Sequence record: NC_031126.1
Strand: one strand, 5' to 3'
Length of the DNA stretch: 64,000 bases
Each line of letters starts with the position of its first letter. Within the stretch, counting starts at the first letter, position 1. The notes beneath the pieces are model-generated. The model did not search any database, had not been told where the DNA came from, and saw nothing but the letters and a program-made list of their open reading frames with translations. This document shows positions 1-8,559 of the stretch, one piece after another. A program made the position numbers and the translations under genes.

Positions 1-82
1 ATTCGCCGACGGGAGCTACTGCACCATCGGCATCATTATCAGTCAGCGCTGTAATATTGATAAAGCCTTGTATATCTAACAT
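1..82 (-). CDS. 5' end of a probable virion structural protein running off the left edge (MLDIQGFINITALTDNDADGAVAPVGE...)
   Basis: Not in the ORF track. ATG at 82 on the minus strand, GGAG RBS at 96-93, frame open to the window edge. The N-terminus resembles a phiKZ-like structural family (from memory). Confidence 0.6.
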   Translation of the reverse strand, partial: MLDIQGFINITALTDNDADGAVAPVGE

Positions 83-105
83 TATAAGAAAACTCCGAGG
101 TGAGC

Positions 106-603
106 ATGATAGCTGGAATCGTTAAACTACTTCCATTTCTACAGATACTTCTGGAAGCCTTTCAGCCGGGCGATGGTGAGAGAGTCACCCGCGTCGGTAA
201 AATTACTACACTCGCCTTTGTTTTGCTTTTGACCTATTCGATGTTTGTTTCCTATGCATACGTGGTTCAATACCACTCTCTGGTACAAGTACGTGAGCAC
301 GACCAGTACATGGAACGTCAGTCCAATGACAAAGATAAAACTTTGGACTTGCAAGCTGACGAGTTACGGGCGCTTTACGCACGTATATTCGAATGTCTAA
401 GCAGTCGGCCGCCATATGAAAGTGGCAGTGGACATGCTCAGAAACAACCGGATATGCCTGCGGCTCCAGTAGCAGCGCCCGAAGCTCCGATACATGCTTC
501 GCCGTCGCCCACGAAAAAGGAAAGTGCGGCGAATAAACCTGTTGGTCCTGCCGACATGAATAGGTTCCGTATGGAGATTCTTAAAAATCTTAACGAGGAG
601 TAA
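106..603 (+). CDS. Inner-membrane protein, putative i-spanin
   Basis: GAGG RBS at 97-100, ATG at 106. One TM helix (TTLAFVLLLTYSMFVSYAYVV), then a predicted coiled coil and Pro/Ala-rich linker. Directly upstream of a lipoprotein gene. Confidence 0.55.
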   Translation: MIAGIVKLLPFLQILLEAFQPGDGERVTRVGKITTLAFVLLLTYSMFVSYAYVVQYHSLVQVREHDQYMERQSNDKDKTLDLQADELRALYARIFECLSSRPPYESGSGHAQKQPDMPAAPVAAPEAPIHASPSPTKKESAANKPVGPADMNRFRMEILKNLNEE

Positions 604-605
604 AG

Positions 606-1076
606 ATGAGAGCCCTGTTACTCTGCATGACGCTTTTACTGGTGGCTTGCAGTGGCATGGTTAATGATGACAGAAAGAGCGCAAGCACGGCCTCTGTATG
701 GCCCCTGCGTAACTTGGAGTCTCCACCGACATTGCAAATGGGGATAAGGTCGACCGAAGACCCCGGTTTTCAGACCTACATCTCCGAAGTGAATGCGTAT
801 GCTTATTACGTGTTCGTCTACGCTCGGAATCTCAACGACTATGCGAAAATGCGCAACTGGCGAATCCCACAACCGGCTCCCATTTGTGAACGTTTCGAAA
901 TCGGTTCATTGAATTCCATTCCGAGTAAAGTAGAGCTGTCAGAGACCGCACGAAATCCGCAGGATATCAGTCGGGATTTGGCAACGCAATTGAAACGACT
1001 TCTCGGCAATTATCGCCAGGATAGAACGGCGTTTTCGCGCGCGCTTCAAGCACATTATGCCACTTGTATTAACTGA
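606..1076 (+). CDS. Lipoprotein, putative o-spanin
   Basis: Signal peptide MRALLLCMTLLLVAC with an LVAC lipobox, Pro-rich segment, starts 2 nt after the TM-protein gene. Confidence 0.6.
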   Translation: MRALLLCMTLLLVACSGMVNDDRKSASTASVWPLRNLESPPTLQMGIRSTEDPGFQTYISEVNAYAYYVFVYARNLNDYAKMRNWRIPQPAPICERFEIGSLNSIPSKVELSETARNPQDISRDLATQLKRLLGNYRQDRTAFSRALQAHYATCIN

Positions 1077-1083
1077 AAGAGTT

Positions 1084-1120
1084 ACCTCACTACCTTCGGG
1101 TAGTGAGGTGCTTTATTTTT
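1084..1120 (+). terminator. Intrinsic terminator
   Basis: ACCTCACTACC-TTCG-GGTAGTGAGGT followed by a T-rich tract. Confidence 0.85.
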
Positions 1121-1143
1121 ACAGCACCAACCATTCTAATGTA
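1116..1143 (+). promoter_or_regulatory. Bipartite promoter-like motif TTTTTAC...ATGTA (putative middle, non-virion RNAP)
   Basis: Same motif and spacing at 9358-9385 and 17801-17829, each just upstream of a gene start. Confidence 0.5.
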
Positions 1144-1163
1144 TACCCAAAAGGAGAGTTCAC

Positions 1164-1931
1164 ATGTCCACTGACATCGCTGTAGGCAGTCAACGCACGC
1201 CTTCAATCCACGAAGCAGCACCTGTACGTGTTCCAGTAATTGTTATCGGTGTTGACGCCGAAACCAAATCCATGCGTTCCGATGCCTACCCGATTGCTCT
1301 GGGTATGGCTGCTTGGGATGTAACCACTTTACGCCTCATCGGTGCGTTCTATCAGACCATCGACCCGAATGACGAAAAAGCTAAAGCTATCTTCCATGAA
1401 GACCCAGGCACGATGGCCTGGTGGCGTGGTGAAGGTGATAACCCTGCCTATGCGCCGTCACCGGAAGCGTATAAAGAAGCTTTCTCTGGCACCATGAAGA
1501 TGCCGGAAGTATTGTGGGCCGCCTATAAGTTCCTCGAAGGATTTAAAGCGGGCAACAAGAATGTTACGCTGACTATGCGTGGGCCAGACTTCGATGCACC
1601 GGTTCTGATGAACGCGTTTGCCCAGTGTGACGTCCCGACGAGTATTTTACGACGCTTCTCTATGCTGGACTCTGACCGTACTGCCGAACGTATTGCATCA
1701 GCGATGGGCCTTGAGCCAAACTATGAAGCGGAGTCCCACAACTGGACTCGTGGTAAGGAAGCGTATTTACACCATGCTGGTTACGATGCTGCGCGTGAAG
1801 GTTATGTCACGGCGCGTATCTATCACCTGGCCTTGATTGGCAAGCGTCATGGATTTGAGCGTATGGTTGAAGCACATCATCAGATCTGTACCGGTGAATA
1901 CGCCCCTATGGAATTTTTAAGAGAGGCATAA
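1164..1931 (+). CDS. DEDDh 3'-5' exonuclease (Rv2179c/DUF5051-like)
   Basis: Motifs GVDAET, RGPDFD and HHAGYDA. AGGAG RBS. Confidence 0.8.
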   Translation: MSTDIAVGSQRTPSIHEAAPVRVPVIVIGVDAETKSMRSDAYPIALGMAAWDVTTLRLIGAFYQTIDPNDEKAKAIFHEDPGTMAWWRGEGDNPAYAPSPEAYKEAFSGTMKMPEVLWAAYKFLEGFKAGNKNVTLTMRGPDFDAPVLMNAFAQCDVPTSILRRFSMLDSDRTAERIASAMGLEPNYEAESHNWTRGKEAYLHHAGYDAAREGYVTARIYHLALIGKRHGFERMVEAHHQICTGEYAPMEFLREA

Positions 1932-3457
1932 TGGACATCAAAGATGTAGATGTTGCAATCATCTACACCGATGGTAGTCACCTGAACACCCCGCCCGGAA
2001 CCGGTGCGGGGATTCACGGCTATCTATTTAATCACGGTGTACTCGAAGACAACATGGCTTATCGTTATAACGGTGCTACGGAACACGTCACCACGATGGG
2101 CTACAAGAAGTTTCCGCAAGATGTGAAAGTCCCGGATGTTCCCGATACGGTAGAATTCGTGGATGCGTTTATTCCGGTACCCGCACACTTCTGGTCTGAC
2201 GTGGCTGAATTGACTGCGTTTATCACGCTGTTCGAATCCGCGCCTTTCCGTGCTAAGAACTATGTCGTCTACGTCGATGCGTCTTATCTGGTAAATGCCT
2301 GGAACCTGTGGATTGATAACTGGAAGAAAAAGAATTGGACGAAGGCTGATGGTAGTCCAATTGGCAACCGGGATTTGATTATCAAGATTAGCGAAATCAA
2401 AGACCGTATGCACAGCGAAGGTCGCAGTGTTCGTGTGGTCAAGATTAAAGGCCATGCTGGGCATTATGGTAATGAACGTGCTGATCAGATGGCAGGTAAA
2501 GCATCAGCCATGGTTGCCGCCGGTAAAGGGATTGAGTATCGCCCTTACTGGTCAACCGAAGAGTTGCCTGAGGAACTGACTCTTGAAGGGCCAGAGGAAT
2601 CATTGGCTGCGGGGATTACCGATTTCCCACTTCTGACCTCCACGGTGAAGTTCTGTTATCCGATGGTAAACGAACCACATCCGGAAGTGACAGTTAATGG
2701 TGAGTCCTGGAAGTATATGTTCGGCGGTAACCACGCAAAGAACAAGGATGACGTGGTCTTCATTGGTAAGATGATTCCCGATGCACAATTCGCTGTCTTC
2801 TTTAACAAAGACGGCTGGGATAACGTCTACACATTGGTGAACACGCACTGTGACCGTGCTTGGGAGGGCGTTCCGCGTCTCCAACGTTTTGATCCAATGG
2901 CCATCGTGTACAACGACTTCATTAAGCGTAAGAAGTTTGTTGAAGCGACGAAGGATGGGTTGCCGTTGAGCCACATGCCGTTAAGTGACGACCGTAATGT
3001 TTGCATGTTTGATGATTTGCTAATCACCCGTTTGCTACGACCAGCGTTGCTGTCGTATCGTGCGTTGGAGATTCGCGATGAGTTAGCAGGCTGGTTACGT
3101 GACTCCATTGAAGGGCAACGTGATGTGGTACTGAATGATATCACGGACTTGCTGTTTGACGAGAACGGTAAGCCTCGTAAGGACTTCTACCGTACCGTTG
3201 ACCGTTCGTTCAGTGTAAAGGTGGGCTATGCACATACCGAGAAGACCATCCCGGTGATTCTGACGCGTGGTACCGATATTCCGGGACGTACGGAACTGAA
3301 CCGTATCAAAGAACCTACAGGTCGCTACTACGTCGCTACACGCCGCACACAGGAGCGTTGTGTCGAGTATGCAGTGGTTTACATCGGTGAGCAGCATCAT
3401 GGCCTGTGGTGTGGCTACTACGCTAATAAGCGTATCTTGCAAGAGGAAGAGGTGTGA
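1931..3457 (+). CDS. rnhA: Ribonuclease HI with long C-terminal extension (phiKZ gp155-like)
   Basis: IYTDGS, AELTAF, VYVDASYL, W-K-NW and KGHAGHYGNERADQMA motifs. TAATG coupling to the upstream gene. Confidence 0.88.
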   Translation: MDIKDVDVAIIYTDGSHLNTPPGTGAGIHGYLFNHGVLEDNMAYRYNGATEHVTTMGYKKFPQDVKVPDVPDTVEFVDAFIPVPAHFWSDVAELTAFITLFESAPFRAKNYVVYVDASYLVNAWNLWIDNWKKKNWTKADGSPIGNRDLIIKISEIKDRMHSEGRSVRVVKIKGHAGHYGNERADQMAGKASAMVAAGKGIEYRPYWSTEELPEELTLEGPEESLAAGITDFPLLTSTVKFCYPMVNEPHPEVTVNGESWKYMFGGNHAKNKDDVVFIGKMIPDAQFAVFFNKDGWDNVYTLVNTHCDRAWEGVPRLQRFDPMAIVYNDFIKRKKFVEATKDGLPLSHMPLSDDRNVCMFDDLLITRLLRPALLSYRALEIRDELAGWLRDSIEGQRDVVLNDITDLLFDENGKPRKDFYRTVDRSFSVKVGYAHTEKTIPVILTRGTDIPGRTELNRIKEPTGRYYVATRRTQERCVEYAVVYIGEQHHGLWCGYYANKRILQEEEV

Positions 3458-4212
3458 TAAAACTCATCAGTGAAACATTAACGATGCACAGCCAAACGTT
3501 AATGGAAGCGATGAAAGAGTATGCGTACAAGACGTGGGTGACCAATAGCGCAGAGTGTGGGGTAGGTAATGCTATCCCTAACTTTGACCACGATGCAGTG
3601 AGCCGCGAAGGCATGGCCGGGGTAGTCGCCCGGCTTATCCTCGATGCGCTTGCCGCGACAAACGCGCGCTATGATTACATACACCATCCGGAGGTGGAAC
3701 TCCCGCAAAACCCGACACCCAAGTATAAAGCTTGGCGTGAATCAGGTAATGCCGGTATGTTCACCATCATGGAAATGTACGATGCTCATTGTCGTGAATT
3801 GAAAATGTCACCGTTGTTAAATGCGGCCATCAAATGGTTCACTACGCAGTTTGTCGATGAGATGTATCGTCTCGGATTTGCCGATGACCGTTTCCCAGGT
3901 TGGGATAACGATTCGGTGGTCTATGTCACATGGGAAACACTGACCCAGCAGCTGTTGGATGGACGGGTCATTCTTCCGGTGTTGAGCTACACTGACTACG
4001 ACTGGAAAGCCGAGGCACCTTCTATTGATGGAATCCGTAAGGAGATAGCAGAAACACCATACGGTTTCTTGTTCCAGAACGACAGCTATGTGATGTACGA
4101 TTACGCAGCACGCTACATTCTCGATCCCGATGACCAAGATTCGGATGAAGATCCGGGAGTTGAACTTTACGCCTTGAAGCCCGAGGTAATAGAACAACTC
4201 AAAAATCTCTGA
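3454..4212 (+). CDS. Hypothetical protein
   Basis: 252-aa ORF overlapping the RNase H stop (GTGA), GGAGG-like RBS. Confidence 0.7.
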   Translation: MIKLISETLTMHSQTLMEAMKEYAYKTWVTNSAECGVGNAIPNFDHDAVSREGMAGVVARLILDALAATNARYDYIHHPEVELPQNPTPKYKAWRESGNAGMFTIMEMYDAHCRELKMSPLLNAAIKWFTTQFVDEMYRLGFADDRFPGWDNDSVVYVTWETLTQQLLDGRVILPVLSYTDYDWKAEAPSIDGIRKEIAETPYGFLFQNDSYVMYDYAARYILDPDDQDSDEDPGVELYALKPEVIEQLKNL

Positions 4213-4232
4213 GATAGATATTATCTTGGTGA
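4213..4232 (+). promoter_or_regulatory. Putative early (virion RNAP) promoter GATAGATATTATCTTGGTGA
   Basis: One of four 20-bp copies (13373, 46010, 60119). Resembles the phiKZ early core TATATTAC. Confidence 0.65.
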
Positions 4233-4253
4233 TGTGTTCAGAAGGAGTATCAA

Positions 4254-4991
4254 ATGCTTACCATAGAGGTACCTGAATTACGACGGTACAATCCGGAATT
4301 CTTCCGGCAGCTGTTTGACCAGCTATGGCCCGGATTTCATCTCGGGCATCTTGGTGAGGGTTTGCACGAACCACATCTCGTTGATGTATTCTTTGTGGAT
4401 AGCGTCTCCATTACGATGGAGACGTTTACCCGTTCAATTGATGAGATGGTGCAAGCTGTTAATGTAAGGCGTCCCCTCGACCTGAACTATGTGATTTACG
4501 ACTACAACGATTACATGGATACGTACGCGTTTGAAGACCCCGAGATGCCCAATATCGACATGGAGCGTCTTGAGGGTCTAATGTTTGATTTTTTCCATTA
4601 CCTTATCGAGTACATGATAGCGCCGGAGTTTCTGGCAGCGGTCACCGCAGAACTCACAAGGTCATGGGAGAGTCTCAATAACATCGTTGGGAAATATGGC
4701 GTCATTGGTATTTGGTACGAGCCGTATGTTGGTGCGAACAACATGTGGGTTAGTGGGGACAAAGTCTTCGGTATTCAGGAAGGCGATTTCCGGGTGATGC
4801 ATACCGCGCCTTGGGAGGGGAACCACAGCAACAGTGCTTTCTATCCTCACCTCAGTAATGCAGATGATGAATTCTACTGGCTTGCCCCGTACATGATTAA
4901 ATCAAGTTACGCGAACGATATTATCCCGCGTGGAGAAACCGTTAGCTTATGTCGTCTCAATGAAAGCGTCATCCGTCAGATGGATCAATAA
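4254..4991 (+). CDS. Hypothetical acidic protein
   Basis: 245-aa ORF, AAGGAG RBS. Confidence 0.75.
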   Translation: MLTIEVPELRRYNPEFFRQLFDQLWPGFHLGHLGEGLHEPHLVDVFFVDSVSITMETFTRSIDEMVQAVNVRRPLDLNYVIYDYNDYMDTYAFEDPEMPNIDMERLEGLMFDFFHYLIEYMIAPEFLAAVTAELTRSWESLNNIVGKYGVIGIWYEPYVGANNMWVSGDKVFGIQEGDFRVMHTAPWEGNHSNSAFYPHLSNADDEFYWLAPYMIKSSYANDIIPRGETVSLCRLNESVIRQMDQ

Positions 4992-5001
4992 GGAGAATCA
5001 A

Positions 5002-5367
5002 ATGAATATTTTAGAAACTATAGGTAAGTACGCAGCAGATTTTAATAACCCAGGTGTGATGTTAGTCTTCGTGCCACGCGATCTGAATATGGATGCCGCT
5101 GGCCCACAAAAGCCTGGTGTTTTTGATGCGACCGGCGATAGTCGTTTCGACTGTACACGCCTGCGTAATATTCGTGCGGAGGCAGTGGAGACTAACCAGC
5201 TCCGCATACTGTTTATCGCTTCTGGTACCGGTGGGTCTTTGTTGGAGAACGAAGTCGATGTGTCATTATCGGTAGAATTCGGAATGACTAGCGGCTGGGT
5301 AAAAGTCCAGAAATTCCGTTCCGTTGCTGAGAAACCAAAAGACACGGTATTCATCTACGAGGCGTAA
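5002..5367 (+). CDS. Hypothetical protein
   Basis: Start reassigned to ATG 5002 behind an AAGGAG RBS. Confidence 0.7.
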   Translation: MNILETIGKYAADFNNPGVMLVFVPRDLNMDAAGPQKPGVFDATGDSRFDCTRLRNIRAEAVETNQLRILFIASGTGGSLLENEVDVSLSVEFGMTSGWVKVQKFRSVAEKPKDTVFIYEA

Positions 5368-5369
5368 GC

Positions 5370-6203
5370 ATGAAACGTGTACATCTGCACTTACTGTCGG
5401 CATTACACGATCACCTCCACCGTATGGCTGGGCCTAAATACCATAACGCGGCACAGACCGCGTATTTGGTTGTGGCGAGGGAGATAGCGAAGTTATATCT
5501 CCCGGATATGCACGCGTCTGTCTATCACTCCCTGACGGCCAGACTGTTTGATATTGAACAGTCGGCAGTTGGTCTCGCCCGTATGGCACCACTCGAGTAT
5601 CGCGATGCTTGGTTATGTCAGGACTTGCGTGAGTCGGGCTGTATGTCTGACTGTGAGAAGGCGGTGGAATTAGTCTCACGTATCTGTGGGAATTACGACT
5701 GGGCGGCACGTCACCGTAAACACCACCCTCTGGATTCCAGTTATGAAACAAACATCGGTATTTTGAACACGCTATACGACGTGGCTAACTACTACGATGC
5801 GTATCTGATGTTTGCTACCGACGAAGACCTGTTGCGTTACAGCATGTGGTTCGCTGGAGATATGGAAGAGGAAGCGGAGGGATTCTATGTTCGTTTCTAT
5901 CACGATATCGGTGACGACGCTGAATATGAAGCGTTGCTGAAAGAGTTCCCAGCTAATGGTCTACCACATAAGTTCATGTGGCGACACGACCATGCGCCGT
6001 GCACACCAATCACCGGTGAAACGCGGTACAAGAACATCTCGATTCTCGATTTAGAGAAATACGGGAAACACTGCATCGATAAGCTCTCCAAAGGGGACGA
6101 GTTATGCGTTGTGTTTACAGCCACGCGCTTATGCGATTACAAGTCGGTTATAGCCGTATCCCAGTTTCGGGACAAAATGAAAACGGTGGATGGGAATACT
6201 TGA
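5370..6203 (+). CDS. Hypothetical protein
   Basis: 277-aa ORF tightly packed in the operon. Confidence 0.7.
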   Translation: MKRVHLHLLSALHDHLHRMAGPKYHNAAQTAYLVVAREIAKLYLPDMHASVYHSLTARLFDIEQSAVGLARMAPLEYRDAWLCQDLRESGCMSDCEKAVELVSRICGNYDWAARHRKHHPLDSSYETNIGILNTLYDVANYYDAYLMFATDEDLLRYSMWFAGDMEEEAEGFYVRFYHDIGDDAEYEALLKEFPANGLPHKFMWRHDHAPCTPITGETRYKNISILDLEKYGKHCIDKLSKGDELCVVFTATRLCDYKSVIAVSQFRDKMKTVDGNT

Positions 6204-6565
6204 TGTTAGCGTCGCTGGTGATGGAGTGTGCCACCCGCGGATACATTCTCCCTAGCGTCCGACAACAACATCACGTTACGACGATTCTGCGTGAGAAATA
6301 CAATTTCATGTTCACCACGCATGAAGTCAATTTTAAACGTATCTACGATATTGTACGAGACCATCTAGCCGAAGTCATTTACGAACTCCGTACCGAGTTA
6401 CGAATGATTCTCGACACCCACAACCTGACCCAGACCGATTTGTATTTTACGCCTGTCGACTTAGTGCAGTGTCGTTATCACATTCGGTCTTTAGAAGAAC
6501 AAACCATAGATGCTTTGGCATTAAGGACTAGCGATGCAGTTAATTCTCGATTTCTCGCTCTCTGA
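6203..6565 (+). CDS. Hypothetical protein
   Basis: TGATG coupling at 6201-6205 gives the probable start at 6203. Confidence 0.6.
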   Translation: MLASLVMECATRGYILPSVRQQHHVTTILREKYNFMFTTHEVNFKRIYDIVRDHLAEVIYELRTELRMILDTHNLTQTDLYFTPVDLVQCRYHIRSLEEQTIDALALRTSDAVNSRFLAL

Positions 6566-7079
6566 TTCACGCGTTGCCTTGAATAAGGCTTTGGGTGAAA
6601 TGAAAGCAGAACTGACGTTTGAAGTCAATGAAGCGGTAAGTAAGTACGAAAACAGTAAGAAGTCCGAAACAGGTAAGCCGCACTACCTGGTTGAGTCTGC
6701 TGCTGTAATCGATACGGCTATCTCCTACATCACTGACAAACTCCGGAACATTCTTCAGTTTCCGCATCGTATTCCATTTCTCTGCTACGAATCGATTGAA
6801 GAAATCCTCGCATTGATTCAGTCTGGCTTTACTTCAGCATCGCAATCGCTGGACGAAATTGCCACTATCAACATCAATGAAGTGTACGTCTCGATTCCAC
6901 GCGAGTGGGACGAGTCAGTTAACACGTTTGAAATGGTAGGGTTATCGGAGTTATTTGATTCCGAGTCTATCCTTACCATGGATAACATCATCAAGCACGC
7001 CCAGGATAAAGTCATTCAAATCTGCCGTAACGAATTGGCCTACAATCTGGAGTGCATGCAAAAAGCGACCAGCGTATGA
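6534..7079 (+). CDS. Hypothetical protein
   Basis: 181-aa ORF in the operon. Confidence 0.65.
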   Translation: MQLILDFSLSDSRVALNKALGEMKAELTFEVNEAVSKYENSKKSETGKPHYLVESAAVIDTAISYITDKLRNILQFPHRIPFLCYESIEEILALIQSGFTSASQSLDEIATININEVYVSIPREWDESVNTFEMVGLSELFDSESILTMDNIIKHAQDKVIQICRNELAYNLECMQKATSV

Positions 7080-7558
7080 AATTGATAATCAACTTCACAC
7101 CGGAAGGGCATGAAGACGTCTGGAAGAAATTGATGGGCGATTTGTTCTCCAACTATCGGCCAGTCATTGACCAAATGCTACCAGATATGACCGAAGGTGA
7201 GGTGTGTGCAATACTGCTGGGGATGCTTGACCCTCTGTACACACCGATTCGTAAGTTGTCTGAAGCGGTGCTGGTGTTCGAGTTCGATTCAACCGATGTG
7301 GATGGCGGTATCATTGAAACTAATGTATCTCAATTTACGTTGGACAATCGAGTACAGGTAACCCTGGAGGAAATTCGCCAGGGTATATACAGCGGGCATG
7401 TTAATCATGCGGGCGATACATTAGAAGCCTATGGGCGCGAAGAACGTGAGGCGTTTTACCAGCATGTCGAAAAACAGCTAATGGCATTGGTAAAAGACCT
7501 GTACGAAAAAACCTTCGCTGATGTGTCAGAGATTACATTCCACTTTTCGAAAAAATAA
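7076..7558 (+). CDS. Hypothetical protein
   Basis: ATGA overlap with the upstream stop, followed by a terminator. Confidence 0.7.
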   Translation: MKLIINFTPEGHEDVWKKLMGDLFSNYRPVIDQMLPDMTEGEVCAILLGMLDPLYTPIRKLSEAVLVFEFDSTDVDGGIIETNVSQFTLDNRVQVTLEEIRQGIYSGHVNHAGDTLEAYGREEREAFYQHVEKQLMALVKDLYEKTFADVSEITFHFSKK

Positions 7559-7566
7559 ATAAAGAC

Positions 7567-7603
7567 CACCACTCCGTAAGGGGTGGTGTTGCTTTTACTT
7601 TTT
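7567..7603 (+). terminator. Intrinsic terminator
   Basis: CACCACTCC-GTAA-GGGGTGGTG plus T tract. Confidence 0.75.
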
Positions 7604-7625
7604 AACACCATTAAGGAGAATCACA

Positions 7626-8513
7626 GTGAAATTTTTAACTATGGCTGAGGCTAAACGTATTCCAGAAAGCCGTATCCAGTATCGCGAAGATATTTGGTTT
7701 GGTCTGTTAGCACAAAGTTACGATAAAAAATTTGGTATCTCTTTTGTCGATGATTATCTTAAAACCACGAACGGTGAAATCGATAATACCTTTATCCCAT
7801 TCTCTTACCAAAAGTCCATAATCCACGACGGTCAGCCCTGCGAATCCGCTTCTTTATCATACGGCTACTATTACGGCGGCGTGACAGTCCACATCGATCA
7901 TGGGAAGTTGGTTGAAGTTTTAGAGACTGAGCCTTTAGAGGATGTCCCATTGGCATGGCTTGACTACATACCAGGCTGGACAACGCACTTTCCACTGAAG
8001 GACCCAAAAATATATTCTGGGTTTTTTCTGGCAAGACGCGTCGATGATAGCGGCCAGATTCTTGTCTTTGGGAAGCCGAAGGATGACGGCCACACGGAAA
8101 TCTTTACGTACCGGATAAAAGAAGTCGAGGGTCGGTGCTTTACCTTAACCGATGAAGACGGCACGGTAATTTCACCTGTACTATTTCGATTTTTCCAGGC
8201 TCTGCTGTTCTTCTGCTCACTGATACCACATAAGCCTGCGCTTCCGAAGGTGTCTAAGCAGACACGTAAAGGGGGTGTGGTGGATTACCATATCCAGCCC
8301 CTTAAAGAAACCCGTGAAGTTCCACTCAATGAGGTTGTCGCCGCGTATGTTGCTGAACATCAGTCGGGTAACAGACAAGCGCCAAGTTCAAGGAAGGCTC
8401 ATTTCCGACGTGCCCATTGGCGCTCTGTGTGGTTAGGGCCACGTACGGGTGAACAGATTAAAGATATGCGCTGGATTCCAGCGACTGTTGTTCGGGGTTA
8501 CAAACCCGAATAA
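7626..8513 (+). CDS. Hypothetical protein with basic C-terminal HxRRxHWR motif
   Basis: AAGGAG RBS, GTG start, C-terminal RKAHFRRAHWRSVWLGP...WIPAT. Confidence 0.75.
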   Translation: MKFLTMAEAKRIPESRIQYREDIWFGLLAQSYDKKFGISFVDDYLKTTNGEIDNTFIPFSYQKSIIHDGQPCESASLSYGYYYGGVTVHIDHGKLVEVLETEPLEDVPLAWLDYIPGWTTHFPLKDPKIYSGFFLARRVDDSGQILVFGKPKDDGHTEIFTYRIKEVEGRCFTLTDEDGTVISPVLFRFFQALLFFCSLIPHKPALPKVSKQTRKGGVVDYHIQPLKETREVPLNEVVAAYVAEHQSGNRQAPSSRKAHFRRAHWRSVWLGPRTGEQIKDMRWIPATVVRGYKPE

Positions 8514-8559
8514 AATAGAAAGACTACCACCCCTAACGGAGTGGTAGTTCTTTTTTTTG
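8514..8559. terminator. Bidirectional terminator between convergent genes
   Basis: ACTACCAC-CC/CTAAC/GG-A-GTGGTAGT hairpin flanked by A and T tracts. Confidence 0.8.
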
